A stretch of DNA of 64,000 nucleotides from Phoronis australis (taxonomy: Eukaryota; Animalia; Phoronida), in NCBI GenBank assembly GCA_002633005.1, contig NMRA01000142.1, positions 794,823-858,822 on the forward strand. The letters are read 5' to 3'. Made by a program: the position numbers and the translations under genes. The notes below the pieces were generated by a model, which saw only the letters and a list, made by a program, of their open reading frames with translations, made no database searches and was not told the DNA's origin. Position 1 is the first letter of the stretch. Each line of letters starts with the position of its first letter. Positions 37,521 to 52,108 of the stretch are shown in pieces.

Positions 37521-40500
37521 CACGCTTACCATTCAAGATAGGCTTTAAAACAGCTCTGACATGGCATCTACCACTTGCACCAATGACACTCAACACTAGA
37601 GTGTGAAAGGCACCAATGCGACCTTAGATTTTGTTTGGCAACCTACTAAAAATCCCAGGTCGTCATGAAGTCACCACGCACACATCTGAGCATGCACTAA
37701 AAATGGTACAACGGAAGTCAGAACTGTTTGGCAAAAATTGAAAAGGCATTACCAAGTACCTGACACTTCTAATTTTCCGTTTGACTAAAAGGTGTGGCCG
37801 ACACTTACTATGTCGTTTAGTCTCATTTCTGACTTGCCATATAATGTGTTGCTTGTACTATCCAAGACTTTCCCCCGGCACACCGTACAAGGTTTCCTTG
37901 CTTGGTAGCCTTGGTTTCCGTTTGGCGACCAAGGAATTTTACCACGTCACATTTGGCAAACTCAAGCATGGTAATTTTGTAAACTATATTGTTCGATTTA
38001 AAGAAGAGACTTAGCGACCAAAAAAGTCCCAGGGGGTCACCAGGAAAAGTGTTGGGTGAAATGACACTCACCTTGGCTATATAATACTAGGTTCGTATGA
38101 GAGGAAAAAATGCTAGCAGTTTTTCAATGACGAAAACGATAGTGCTTTAGCCAAACAGGCGTGTTGTCCGTGAAACAGTAATTTTCACCAGCAGTTCCTT
38201 TGTTTCCTCACTAAGGCACACTTACTCAATCCAATTAATTGATTAACGAAACAAAGTCCTCTGTAGACGCCAAACCCACGAGTGTCCTTTCAAGCAAGCA
38301 ATCTGGCTACGAAAATGTTAGCGAAAACATTAGCAGTTTTGGGGCAACTCAAAACCATCAGCAAAAGTGACCCATGTAACCGTTCTCATTAATAGCTGTG
38401 CTACCAGGAAAAAAGCCAGCAAAGTAGGAAGCCTTTGAACGAGTTTGCGAATGGGGGGGCACATGAGAAGTCCAATGATGTTTTGACTGACGTTTTAAAG
38501 ATAAAAAATTTGAGAAAACAAAATTTCACCCAAAGATTTCGCTCCCATTTCCATCCGTGCCAGACATGCGAAACGATCCCCAAAAGAACACCCACATTAG
38601 CTTTTTCAAACCTCGTGTCCTGAAGAGCCCCTTTGTAGATGAGGGCCTGGAAATCCTTGGTAGATAATATGTGGGATTCGGTATTATTCCACAGGAAAGA
38701 AATCAGACCAACAAAGATCGATATCATAACTCATGAGTTTCGAGAAGCACTCAGATCTTTTGCTTTCAGTGGTTTATGAGGTAACATAATTATTGTCAAT
38801 TACATTTTCGATTCAAACATATAAAAAATATCTAAAACTTAAATTATAGACTAGAAATCTTTTGAGAAGGGTTAATAGGCTGCCCGTATATTACCAACAA
38901 AATTGTCCACAAAGGAAACTGCAGTTTGAATCTTCAACGCAATCTAAAATCTGATACTATACTTATAGAATAATTCATGACAGTGGTGATTACTATCAAA
39001 GCACCGGCATAAAAAAACAAATTTAAAAAAGACGAGGATTATGAGGACAGTGTTCAGCCTGGAAAGATTGATACACTATTTTACCTGTTATCTTGTTTTC
39101 TTTTCAAAATATTCAATCAGTGCCTCCAAAGTACATCTCATTTGTCAGTTATAAAGGAAGGCCATCAGTAGGAAGATAACTGGTCCACACAATGAATCAC
39201 AAACAAGAGTCAGTGTCAATACACAGTCAGTGTCAATACACCAGTGTCAATGCATGACTGTCAGTTAATCCCAGTATTATAAGGGTTATTCCTGGAATTC
39301 CATAGCTGTGTATTATTGACCAGCATACTTAGAAGTACAAGCACATTATAGTCTATAATAAACAAAACACAGCAACTGGATACATTATATCTGAGTAACC
39401 ACAACCACAAAATGTAAATTATTCAATTACACAGTTGGATTGAATCTTGTGAACTCTCCCAAATAATTATGTGACCATGGCATGAGACACCACCAGTAGA
39501 CTATTATTGGCATGTACTTATAGAGACAAATTTCATGAAAGATACATCAGAGTTCTTGATATAGCTTTCTAGAAGAGCAGTGATTTAAAAGGACATTATG
39601 TGTTTTATGGCCGCCGAAAAAAGAATTTTATGGATTATTGTTGGATGGGATAGACCAACACTTCTTGAAATCATTAGGATTGACCAGAGCTGCTATAACT
39701 CAACAAAATATGTTTCTTTGTGATTTTATTGCAAATTGCCAATTCTTGCCATTGCCTGCCATGTATAAGCTGAAATCACGGGCAGTGACTTTATCACTTA
39801 AATACGCAAAAATGCCAAAAATGTCACTTAAAGTAAGTAAATTTTACACTTGGCAAAGACTTCGTAATAAAGCACCATTTTCGGTACACATTATTTCAGA
39901 AAGCTTTAGAAAATCTGTTCAGAAAAACACTCTCTAGAATTTTTGTATACTGAATCCAAAAAACAATCCAGAAAATGCTACAAATCCATCAACAACAACG
40001 GTGACAGCCATTTTAAACAAAAACAATAATGAAATTCGATGATGTAATTAAGTGTAATTATTTCATTTGCATACAGTTTTTGTCGTAAGGTTGATTTTAA
40101 TTTCAATATTTTATATCACATTCGTCCTTGCACAGACTCGATGAATAAAGCTGTCAACCAAGCATTCAGCCGTTTTCGCCCAATTCTTATAAAACAAGAG
40201 GCTGTTGTGGTCTCAACAACCACTAGGATAATTCAAATCTCACAAAGCCACAGAAAAAACTCTTGAGGCCAACTAGACTGTTTAAACTAAAGCCACAATC
40301 TCACGCAGTAGCATGGCTAGGAAAAAAGCAATTTTTAACCCCTCTGAATAGGGTCCCTGTCCCCAGATATCCGTTGATATGAGAGTTTGTCATTTTTAAG
40401 CTAGGAGATTTTGAAACTAAAATTAGATAAAATATAACAAAAAGGCAGCGAGCCATTGTAGAACATACCATCATAATCTTACACAATCTGGCCTTGATTA

Positions 40501-40733
40501 CATGACCATGAGATTCATCTTGTAAAACAACCTCTCTTCTATACACCACACCAACTTCCCACTTTTACACTCCTTTTAAGTTTTAAATTATCTATTTAAC
40601 TTGACTGAAAGCATAAACCCGATACTGGATCACAGGCTCTTTCTATACTGATGTAAGCCCAATGTTATTCCCATCCATTTTTCAAATCCTCGAAATAACC
40701 ACTGCCCAGTGCAACCCCGAATTTCCGAAAATA

Positions 40734-40961
40734 AAAAAATAATTGCAGGCGGTCTGTTACACGTGCGCAGGGCGCGCATGTGGGCCCATTGCACTGATCA
40801 CCTGGAACCATTTTTATGCTTTATTAATATACAGTGAAAACTGAGCTGAGGAGCTAGAAACCTGACTCAAAGGTTTAGCAGTGTGACCCAGTGGGACTCG
40901 AACCCACAGCCTCGAGGAAAGATAGCGGGCAACTATCACACTAGGCTACAACGCCTCCTCA
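40734..40961 (-). mobile_element. tRNA-derived SINE, copy 1, with 14-bp TSD
   Basis: A box TAGCCTAGTGTG, B box GGTTCGAGTCC; TSD aatttccgaaaata at 40720-40733 and 40962-40975. Confidence 0.9.
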
Positions 40962-41380
40962 AATTTCCGAAAATAGGCCCATGGGCGGATATTCTGAAAC
41001 GTTAAATGAAACCGAGTATACACCTGGGCGTATTTTCGTAAAGGGGTGCATTTTTAACATCTCATGACGCAATTTTAAAGCAAACAATTGTCAATAATTA
41101 TTCACCAAGGAATGTTTTCTAAGAATGTTAGTCAACAGCCCTCCCATAAATGTGGCTAGTCATTAAAAGTACTATTGGTTTGCGCTGATAAACAATCAGA
41201 CTCAATGCAACAAGTTGATAAACTGGTGACGTCTGCTGGTGTCGACATGAATACCAACGAACAATGTACTTCAAGACCTTCATCAGCACCAGTCCTGGTT
41301 TTGAAATGAACACGTTCTTTTTAATGTAAGAAGTTGTACTGCACCAGTGAGAATTTTTTTGTCCATGCTTATTTCGCATT

Positions 41381-41620
41381 TGCGGAGGTAGTGTGGCCTA
41401 GAGTGATAGGTGCCCTCTTTCTTTACTCGAGGTCGTGGGTTCGAGTCCCAGTGGATCACACTGCTAGACCCTTGAGTCAGGTTTCTAGCTCCTCAGCTCG
41501 ATTTTCACTATATATTAATAAAGCATAAAATGGTCCCAGGTGATCAGTGCAATGGGCCCACATGCGCAGCCTGCGTACATCTGGTATAACGTGTATCAGA
41601 TCGCCTCCGATTATTTTTTT
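41381..41620 (+). mobile_element. tRNA-derived SINE, copy 2 (inverted relative to copy 1)
   Basis: A box TGGCCTAGAGTG, B box GGTTCGAGTCC, colinear with copy 1, ends ttattttttt. Confidence 0.88.
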
Positions 41621-43210
41621 ATCATATTCGCGTTCACCAAACAGAGCATTAAAGCTGTCCATCATACCGTTCGAATTGTTAGTAACCTACAAAGCCACCA
41701 AATACATGACTAAATGATAGTCATTTGAGAGAAATCGCAATTCCCCAAAAACTTCCTGTCAAAATAAACAAAAGCTTTACGTAGACACAAATTAAATGCA
41801 TGTTTTAGAACAACAGCCTCAGATTTTCAAAACACGCAAAAAAGTTACTGAAACTACGCCCATGGGCGTATTTCAGGGTGGGCTTATTTCTAGAAATTCC
41901 AGGTACCACAAACATTTGCACAACATATTACTAAAAGAATCTTTCATGCCCCTAGCACAGTAAACCCTCTCAATATAAAAGCAACTACAGACATCTTCCA
42001 ATGACAGTTCTACCACAGGTGTGTATTCTGAACCAATTTGTCATGAACAGGTTTTTCCTTTGCCCAGGGTACCACTACATAATTGTGTGACAATGGGCAG
42101 GTATGATCAGCAAACAAGATGCCAGACATTTACAGGTACGCACACTTTACTGTCTGGTCAACAATCACTGAGCAGGGTGACAGGTATTTCACCAAGTAGG
42201 GTTAATATCCTGTCAATTTCAGACAAAATTGTTAAAATGGATCTTTCCTCAATTTTCGAAGGTGTGTAACACCGAGTGAATACCGAGAGCTTCCCCAAAC
42301 ATTGTCTGATAGTAGCTATAGCACAGAGCATAAAAATGTTACTTGGTAATGTTTCATGAAATATATCAAAAAACGAAGTTGTCCTTGTCTGCCTTACTGG
42401 GTCCTTAACTGGTCAGATTTTAACTGATCAGATTTAACCATAATACATACCAGTGAAGTACCTAATTGTTCATTCCCACTATCCGAACTCGACTTTCCTT
42501 TTTTGCCAAGGCAGAACAATGTATTGTATGACTGACCCAGTTTTCGACAGCTAGGACCACTAACACACTGCTGCACTGATTCAGACCAGTGAAGGATGAC
42601 TTATCGGTGTCCTACTAAACTTTTCAAATTTTTTGTGATGGAACTGCAACTAACTGAGCAAAATATAAACTTAATTAGCATAAGAATGACAAATGGCAAA
42701 CCAATTTTCATGTAAACAATGAAAGAATGATTACCAAGGCAACAGCAGGACGAGCATCTTCCAACGTATAGCATTATTGGAAAACGCCGCAGACTCAGGG
42801 AGGGCATTGCTGGTATTTTGGGAAGCGTTAAAATCTTTGACTTTTCAGATAGGCTTCGAGACATTTCATCCAATTTCATCAATAATACACATGACAAAAT
42901 CAACGAGCATTTGAAACAAGTAGTTCTAAAAATAATTTTAAAAAATCAAATCAGATGTTTTGATACTGAGACTACAAAACATTCAGTCGCAACAACAGAC
43001 AAGATTTATGCAGTTCCAAAACTTTAAGCTGAATTTCGTCCTGTTCAGTTGGACAAAAAATGAAAATCGAATTAGGCCTTTTCAGTTTACTCTCAGATAA
43101 AATTGGTCTCTTAATATTCCTTACCATGATGGGATTCGATTCCCATGACCAATAAGAAGAACAGAACCTTCAGCAACTCACAAGATTTTAGGAACTACTT
43201 TAAATTAGAC

Positions 43211-43331
43211 AGCACTGGTCGGATATAGCAGTCCATGATTTGAGAACCAGTTTCGTCCACTGAATAATGGGCCCGTTATTCAGTGATTGGGTGGTTCTCA
43301 AAATCAAGGACCGATATATCCGACCAGTGCC
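43211..43331. mobile_element. Palindromic MITE related to the GGT-terminated family
   Basis: gcactggtcggatata / tatatccgaccagtgc TIR; shared tttgagaaccagttt and cactgaataa/ttattcagtg core; no clear TSD. Confidence 0.75.
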
Positions 43332-44682
43332 GACTGGCCAACCCTAAAATTGCGTACTCTAAAATGGCGCGTGTACACACTGCACACTTTAGTTGCCGAC
43401 TCACATGGTAATAATTCAGGATTGAATAAATTTGGTAATCCACAAAGCGCTTCAGTTAAGAATTCAATTTTGACAGCTAAACAGGAACAAAATGCAACTT
43501 TAACAAATCACAAAGAAACGACTTTTTGACAACACTTCAATCCAAATTAATTACCTTCACTTTCATCAAAAGAGTAAAGCAAAAAATAAAAAGCCATTAT
43601 TACCAACTGTGAGCAAAATGGCAATTCTTTAGATGGTAAAGTAAAACTTTCCACTACACTCCAGAGATGAAAAGCGCAAAAATTAACTGCCACTGTACAT
43701 TACCTGAACTACACCACACACAGGCAGCTCCTTGAATGTATAAAAACACTGATGTTCATAAGTATCAAGCAACAACAATGCAATAAGTCCTTTGAAGTGT
43801 AGCAAAATCAATCCAATAGTTAGCAGCATTGATCACACTTTCGCTCACAAGCCATCACCATGTATACCGAGAAACATACGACACCGGCATATCTGTGATC
43901 TCCCACAACAGTGCCGTGTACTTATACTCCATGGGAAAAGGAATCTGAACTGGCAACGAACTTCTTTGTTTTCCTCACAAATGTCAGCTGTATGCCCAAC
44001 TGGCACTGCATCGTTGAGATAGTCTGGCATTAGTAGGTCATGAACCGTGTCAAAGGTCAAGCAAGTCACAGAAAATCTGAGTCTGCCTGTTCTTATCAGC
44101 TCCAGTCATGGCAAGCAAAAACACCAGGCCCAACTTTAACTGAAACCCAGCCAGGAATGTTATGGAAAGTAAACTCTTATCATACTGGAACAACAACTAT
44201 GACAAATGGGAATGCCAACTTTTGAGACCAAGAGACAAAAAATCCTGTAATGCAGAGGAACTAAACCTTCTATATGTTGAGGACAAGCCTAAAATTCTGA
44301 AAATGAGAATGTACTAAATGGTTTTACAAGAAGCATAAATTGATGGTTTTTGAAATCAATAGAAAACTACCTCTTTAAATCAAATCAACACAAACTAACT
44401 TTAAGTAACTGAAGACACTGTCCTAATACCCTTAAAAGGAAAATTTAATTTCATTCATAGTCGAGTACTGTATATTGGTTGCCACAGTCAACAACTGGTA
44501 GTCAGCTTTCCAAAAAAATTGGCACAAATACATCGGAAACTATGATAATTTCAATCCGTCAGTTCACAGGCACTGACAAACAACCTTATTGAACAAGTGA
44601 ATTATGATCAGAAAATATAAAATTAAAATGTACTAAGACAAAGATGCAAACAATATCTTGTTCTAACACTCTGTTATGACAC

Positions 44683-45129
44683 GTGACTTCCTGGTGTGAC
44701 ACACAGCCAGACAAAGCTTCTATAAATCGCTTGCCAAGTGGCAATTTGCTGAACGGTTTAGACGCTCGGCTCTCACATGTGTGAACTGGGCTCAAGTCTC
44801 GGAGTCACTGAAATTTTCTACAGTGACACCTACCAATGGTAGAACCCATGACCAGACGGGATGTCAGCCTCTTCTCAAGGCAATCTGGAGTCACGTTCCA
44901 GAAACTGCAGTAGAAACGTAGATCAGAGACGTGGCCAACCTGAGGGGGCATGTGACACGCTTGATCGGCAGGAGAGAGAAGAGTGACTTCGTGATGTGAC
45001 GTACAGCCCGACAAAACCTCTCTAAATCGCTTGCCAAACGGCAATTGCCTCTTGTCTACAAGGTTCAGACGCTCGGCTCTCACACATGCAACCTGGGTTC
45101 GAGTCCCAGAGTCACTAAAATTTTCTACA
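44683..45129 (+). repeat. Two ~140-bp direct repeats 300 bp apart containing a tRNA(Glu-CTC)-like segment
   Basis: Copies at 44683-44822 and 44983-45129; the second has gtcta..ggttcagacgctcggCTCTCAC...tgggttcgagtcccag (B box). Not an intact cloverleaf. Confidence 0.6.
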
Positions 45130-47536
45130 TTACCAAATTGGTCAATGAGCACCATACAGATGACATTAACTGACGAGATTGTCACTTACAGTAAGACCTT
45201 ACCAATTTCGGAGAGAAAAAATGCCACAACTGGTCATTTTCATTTGTCAAAAGCTTCTAACTTTGTTTTAAATGTCCACAATTTCCCAGAAAATTGTCTG
45301 AAGGTAGTTATGCCACAGAACTTTAAAATGGAATAACATATAGAAACCTTAATCAAAAGTTGGTTTTTGACAAAAGGTGTGGTTTATTCCTCCTTTAAAA
45401 GAAATTGAAAACGTGACAAAAACAAGTTGACTTAATAAATACCTGCAATCACACAACATCACATAGCTCAAGTTGACATTGTTACAATGTAACTTTTAGA
45501 TAGAAGCACTGTAGTGATTCCATTATCACAATAGGGTCATGTTCAGTAGCATCACATAAAGAGTTGAAAAGTTTAACTGTGGTTGACCATCAACCACAGT
45601 TGCAACACTTCATACGAATGGAGCTGACTCAGAAATCTGAAGGCTTGTTTACATCCGCGGATGTTTAAATCGCCATTTCAACATACCGAGTAAAATCGCA
45701 ACGCTAATAGTTATTTCGTTACCCGCTAAAAACCGTGGATTTTACTCGGCAAATGCTGAGTAAAATGTGTCAGCTGCAATAAATCACTCGGGGGCCCCTG
45801 CAGATACCAGATATGGCTCACCAAACCTATGGTACTTCATGACATCACCTCACGCCAGTTGCCTTAGAGCACAAAACAAGTATGTGGCCTTGTAGTTCCG
45901 TGCGTGTCCCCTAGGGGAAGTGGGACACGCGGGTATCATTTAATTTTCCCCAGGAAAATTTCTACACTGGCATTTCTGATTGGCTGGTGGAATTGTCGAC
46001 AGGTAGCGCTTTATACGCAAACAAACAAGCAAGCATGACTGATGGTGGACGTGTACATGTGGATATAGTTTGTGGTCTGTTATACAGACAAATCAGTGCT
46101 CAATTGGGATATGTTCAAGAAATGTGAATCGGAAAGTTGTGGTTATGCCTTTTTGGTGAGCCTTTTTCTGCTGTCGCTGGCTTTTGTTTATGCTGCTGCT
46201 AGAATATCCTTTTTGGTTAGCGATATCAAGCTCATAAACTGGCCAGGTTGCAGACAACTGTTCATGGTCTTTTTGACGTTATTGACACTGTAGAGAGAAA
46301 ATTTGGTTTGCAAAAATGTTGACAAGCCTAAAAATTTTTCACAGCCCACCATTTTTTGTATTTTTTGTAAGTCTAACTAATAACTGCTGAGGTTACACCA
46401 ACCAGTGACAAAATGCGTGTTGCTGAATGACACCCGTGAGTCCCCTTCCTCGTAGCAGGTATGTGAGGAACATGCAAGGTATGTGGCCAGAGAAGGATTG
46501 TAATTTCCAGCCAAATGATTGCAGTGAAACCGACTTACTTGCTAACAGAGGGCGCATTGTAAAATACCAGAGAAATAGCAAGGAAAATCATGTAAATAAT
46601 CACAGATTACCATTTAAAAGTAAACAGTGAAGAAACAGCAGAAAAAAATTCACATGAAAATGCTGCTTGTAAGAGTCAGAGCTGACAGCAAGACATTGAA
46701 AATTAATATGAACAGAGGACAACAAGTCAAGTATTGTCAACCCCCCCCCCCCCCCANTGCGTCTAGGAGTGAAACAGAGGCTATGCGGAGAAATTTAAAA
46801 CCAGTCCCACAATGCCACAGTTGATGTTGTGTAGTTCATTAGTCAGAGCAAGCACTAAGGTAACATCTCACCCATTTAGGACACAATATGGCTGATACGT
46901 GAAATTGTATTTTATTTTTTCGTGAAAGATATGTAGCACCAAACTAATGCTTTCCCACGTTCAGTACCATAGTTACCATCAGATAATGGTTTAAATAACT
47001 ATGGGTATTTAAAACATTGTGCTAAGCCCTTGAAAAATGAGAAAAGAGCAATTTTGGTCATTAATTTGTCCACAACTGGTGAGATTTTTTCGAACTTTTA
47101 CAACTTCAAACATTTAGGTCAATAACCTAAGCAGGCACAGTGATGACACCAGACTGTTTGGAATGCACTTATTTCATGACAAAGATATTGACATTCTTCA
47201 TCATATCATACTGCTGCACTGTCCTGGGGTGAAAAATATCTCTAAGGGTCAGGCGCAAAAGATTCATCAAACATTGGTGGTCATGTCATTGCCACCATGT
47301 ATTAAGGACAATTTAGTCAATCATCTACAAAACTATCGAAAGTAACTCATATGACTGATAATAGCAAGCCTGTATTATTTGATTACTGACGTTATGCCAA
47401 TCTGAAATCTGACAAAATCATGTCTTTTTAATAAAATTCAGCACAATAGGAAAACAATTGTATTAACAACATAACCAAATTTCATCTAGTTACAAGATGT
47501 TACATTTAGTTTAATTTTCTAAAATATCATTCATTT

Positions 47537-48989
47537 AACAGCTTATTATTTAAAACGATTGTATTCCTATAAAATGACATAGGCAAGAAATTGAATTTCG
47601 GGCTTCAAAAGTGAGGACTCTATATTAATATAGGTAAGGGGCCCCACTTCAGACACCCGAAATTCTTGCCTATCTATTATATAAAATGCATCGTTTGCAC
47701 AAACTCTGTCTTCCCCGCTCCAATACAGACCTTCGTTGCGCCAGTTTCGGCACCGCCTTGGTCTCAGGTATTGCACCAGCCCCCTATTTGAATTCGAGGT
47801 GTTCTATTTTTTCTCGCGGGCCGTTTTTTCGCTGACGCAGAGGGAGGGTAGCCGGTTTCGTACTTGCCTCGGTGACGTCATTTCGTCGGCTCAATGGCCT
47901 GGGTGACGACACTCCGTCGACTTAATTTCACTCCCTCCGGCTTGTCGCGTATATAATTCATCGGGCCTGTCGCCGCCAAAATTAGTTATGCCTCACTATA
48001 AAATTCTTACTCTTCCTTGAGTAAACTAAATTATTTACCTTGGTGTTGGAAAATTGGCGTTTTTCAGCTATTTTGCTGCTAAAATTGCGATGCGCTCTTT
48101 CGGCGCCAATATGTTGCATCTACTGTTGACCAGTTTGTTATTCAATCAAATGTGAGGTTGCGTACATGACATAACAATCACAAGTCGCTTCATTTCATCA
48201 CAAGCTTTTACTATATTATTATCAGAAAACCCAATTTCAGAAAAAAAATCTCGAGAGATATTGCAAAATTTTCAGAAATGGCGCGTACGTGCGCGTGTCA
48301 CAAGTATGCACTGTTTTCAAAACAACCACAGATTTTCCATTGTTACGAAAAATAATGTTTATTAGATTGTCTTTTTACTTCTATAAACGGCTGTAACGGG
48401 CAAGATGAATGTAGGTTCATTACCAGATTCTGCATGCACCCCTGTAGGTTGTTAGCTCTAAGTTTCACAACAAGCTGAGCAGCGGGGTTGTGTGAAATTT
48501 TGGTGTCTAACGGAGCTCTACACACAGCTACCTAGTTGTATAATGACGATAATCTTCATACAGATAGCTGGCTTTCAACCTCAGTATGTACATTTACAAT
48601 GCAACTGTTGTAAATACATCTATATACTTTGTGTACTATACAGTATTTTAAATGCATTCTTAGTTTTCACTTAAAGAATATTTGATTACTGTACTTTGTG
48701 TTAAGGCACGGTCAAATGTTCTTAAAAGAAATTTGTACTGCCTGGGGAAAGAATCCCGCAGCCGCACACCTTGCCTACTAAAATCTGACAGTGACTGAAA
48801 TTCTAGTTGAAGCTTTGAACACGGCCTTTTCAAGAAGTATTCCTGTCTCGTGCGATGAACACTAATGTTCACTCTTAGGAGTATCTATTTCCCTCGGCGT
48901 TTACCACCGTAGTTGCTACCCGTGAGAAAGCACGGGTAACGGCTAGTCTTAATTTAATAAGAATAAGTCGTTTTAAATAATAAGCTGTT
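47537..48989. mobile_element. ~1.45-kb non-autonomous DNA transposon with TA-bounded TIRs
   Basis: aacagcttattatttaaaacga / tcgttttaaataataagctgtt; no transposase ORF inside. Confidence 0.85.
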
Positions 48990-50559
48990 ATTTCTATTTA
49001 TGCACGAGCCATGGTCTCCAGGAATAACAAACTGTAAGTCCTTAGCAACCAAGAAATCACTTCCCACCTTAGTAAGGAAACAGCTGAGTCCAATTCCACA
49101 GCGGAAAGTTTATGTCTTGAACCAAGATTCACAGTCACTTTAACTATAATTGCAATCACGAAAATGGGACACCCAACAGCTTAGCCAACACTATACAATT
49201 TACGACACAAAGGATATGCTGCTCCCTCACTTTGTGTATGGTATGCAGATCAGGCTGGATAATATGCTTTTGTCATCTGATAACTTTTTCATGACCTATA
49301 ACAAGCAAATGACACACGGGCCAACCAACACTTAATTATGTTACACCCCAAAAATGCCATTCATAAAGAGAATCAAATATGACTTGACAGAACTTTGGGA
49401 ATGCCGGTATACTCTAATCTACTTATCACTGTGTATTTTAGTATGCTTTATTTGATGCTATTCCTTGAAAAAGTGGCTTTCTAAACTTAACTAGAACTCC
49501 AAAGGCAATTATTTTGCCCATAGAGCATTATCGTGAGTGTGTGGGTACCCAAGCTGGCAAACACACCATCCAGAGCAAAAACATTCACTAAATAATGATA
49601 CAAAGATTAATGTTGGCTGGCCATTGAATGTACTTCTCCAATCTCGTTGAATCATTGAATGAGTCTGGGAAATTGTGTACAGCGAGTTTTAGGAAACGGC
49701 ATCATCGGTAATTGTCTGAAGATAGAAGCTCAAGCCCTCAGGTGAGACCAATTATGATTATCCTAGCTTTGTTGTACAACTTTGTATTGCTCGCAGAAAA
49801 AAAGTGAAAAGTGAGTGAAAAAAATCTAACGCAAAGTTAATGCCATTAAAACTATGCTCTTCCTTGAGGCCATTTTACAATAGAAATACGAGATTAAGAA
49901 TATATATAAGAAACATAATCAAGGAGTTGTCCGACTCAAACTCAGACACTGTAGTCAGGGTGCCCAGTTCAGCATCTGAACACCCAAGTAAGCAAGTAAT
50001 CATGGTTGTCTTTTTAACTGGCTAGTAGCAGTTCTAGGACTTCACTGACCTGTCCAAAACAATAAAGTTGGTTTAAAAAAAATTTAGTGCAGGACAATGT
50101 CTCCGCGGTAACATACTAGAATATAACAACAATTTGATTTGGGGTCATAAAAATGGCGTAGCTCATTATTGGCCATGGACGCCCCGAGTAATCAGGAACT
50201 CATTTTGGACACCCTATTTTACAATCTTGGATGAACCCCTGGGTACTGACAATGAATACTCTATTCCCGACTGACTCAAATTTAGAATTACATAGTCCAA
50301 AAGTAGACAAGTCCCTCATCCCGGTAGCATTGGTATAAAGCTCTATATAAATAGCCAAATATACCGTTTTTTACCCACATCAACGCTTAGCTTGAAGTGT
50401 TTTGTCGCGAGTCATTATACAGTTATCATCTGTGTTGCCTCTCTCAGTGTTGCAGCCACATGCGTGCCTTTGTCATAACCCTCGGTTTGACCTCGAGCAC
50501 ATGGAAAGTCATCGGGATTCACTATCAGTCTTGTAGATGAGGACTCCAATTTACAGAAA

Positions 50560-50725
50560 CATTTCATTCTTGAAGGATTGCAAGCTTGAGTTGGGAGGTA
50601 TTCATCATCTTCACACAATTGGTACTCAAAGTGATGTGATTGAATAGAATCCTTATACAAACAAAGATTACAGCTATAGAGAAAGTAAGGAGTACCCAAC
50701 ATAGAGCTGCCTGTTGGGTAAGGAG
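50560..50725 (-). pseudogene. Degenerate LINE (L2/CR1-like) reverse transcriptase fragment
   Basis: PTGSSMLGTPYFLY...SHHFEYQLCEDDEYL resembles the PQGSVLGPLLF...SHG.SYHxYADDTQL RT motifs at the right spacing. Confidence 0.5.
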
Positions 50726-52108
50726 AAGGTTCTAGCACAATACTTAGTAGGTCAATGCTCCATACCCTAGTCTCTAATTTGCCACAGACGCAAAGCTCTT
50801 AGGCTGAAAGTCTGTGATCACCAATTCTAACTCAGGCCTAGTCCGAAATTCAGGCAACTACTGTATAGGAACCAAAAGATCACCGTTTTATAATATGCCA
50901 ATAAATAAGACAACCCACAGGGAACTAGAGATAATGGTAAGCATTTATCGGTAACCGGCTGATGGGCGACCGAGGTACGATATCCGTGCGACCTGTATTG
51001 TTATATCCAACAAAGACGCAACAAAGGAAAACAATGGTAGCATCCCGTAGGCGATAACCATGCAACGCGCTTATGCCTATCCAAGGATCTCGCAACTTAA
51101 ACAATAGCTTGCGAAATCCATACAAAATCATTTGGCATGGGCAACTACTGAACAAGAGCAGTGCAGGGCGTTGACATGCATTCACCAAGTGCATCGCATA
51201 TAGCGCAGATACAAGATATCAACATTATTTAATAAGCATTCCTGCTAAGTTGAGAAATGCTAATAAACTTCATGACAGCTTCTAGGCGGTGCAAAAACAG
51301 CCAGAAATTCTCTCCACAATAGTAACACAACTCTCACCTTTTGTCATGATTCTTCAAGAAAACTAGAGGATAAAGAGGCAGATGACAAAAGACACAAAAC
51401 AACAGAAACATCACTAGGGAGCGCAACATAGATCGAATCCATAGAAAACAGGGCAAGTGTTGTCGTCTGCATGATGAGTAACTTATTTTCCAAATTTCAT
51501 GAACATCTATCAAGGAACTTGGTAGATATCAAAGCAAATACAAAGAAAAACAAAACTGCCACTAGGCAACTCCCGTAGTCGGAATTGTCTCAAAATCCAT
51601 GCGTACAGTCCTCACATGCCAACTTTCATTAAGATCCATCAAAGAATTTCATGTTTCACAAGGTGACGAGCAGAACTGGCTGGGCAGTGTGAAATTTCAA
51701 GGTCTGTGTGAAATTAACACACAGCTGTTCTGTGTAGGCCTTATTCAGTGGGAGTAACTGGTTCTCAAATCAGGGACACATCTATCTGAATATTACTGCT
51801 GAACTGCTGAAGGTCTGTGGTTTTCCCCTCAGTACAATCAAACTCAAAATTTTCACTCGCTCCCAGGCATAACTTTCAGTTAGCAAGCAACCAGGAGGAT
51901 TACCTGTGGCGTAACCAGTAGCGTAGGTTGGTGAACCCATCGGTTGGCTACAATACAGCCCAACCGAATTACCGAATCAGGCCCAGTGGCAGTTAGGCGA
52001 AGTCGAGAAGTGGAAAACTCCGACATCTCTTTCTGAATGAAACCATCCATTGCGATAGATAAACTAAAAATATACTTTAAAGATATATGAAAATTATCAC
52101 GCACTTAC

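Larger units (their letters stand above)
40713..41905. mobile_element. Non-autonomous TIR element hosting two SINE insertions
   Basis: Reconstructed left end aaccccgaatttccgaaaataggccc matches the reverse complement of the right end gggcttatttctagaaattccaggta. Subterminal gcccatgggcg palindromes also occur at 53340-53392. Confidence 0.6.

Noticed and set aside
41381-41460. Possible tRNA gene (A and B boxes)
   Set aside because: No proper cloverleaf; it continues into a shared SINE body present twice.
46090-46300. Minus-strand stretch faintly like a hAT transposase N-terminal zinc finger
   Set aside because: Key Cys/Trp residues are missing and stops are present; cannot be supported without a search.
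46741-46757. C15 run followed by an N
   Set aside because: Homopolymer with assembly ambiguity; no biological inference possible.
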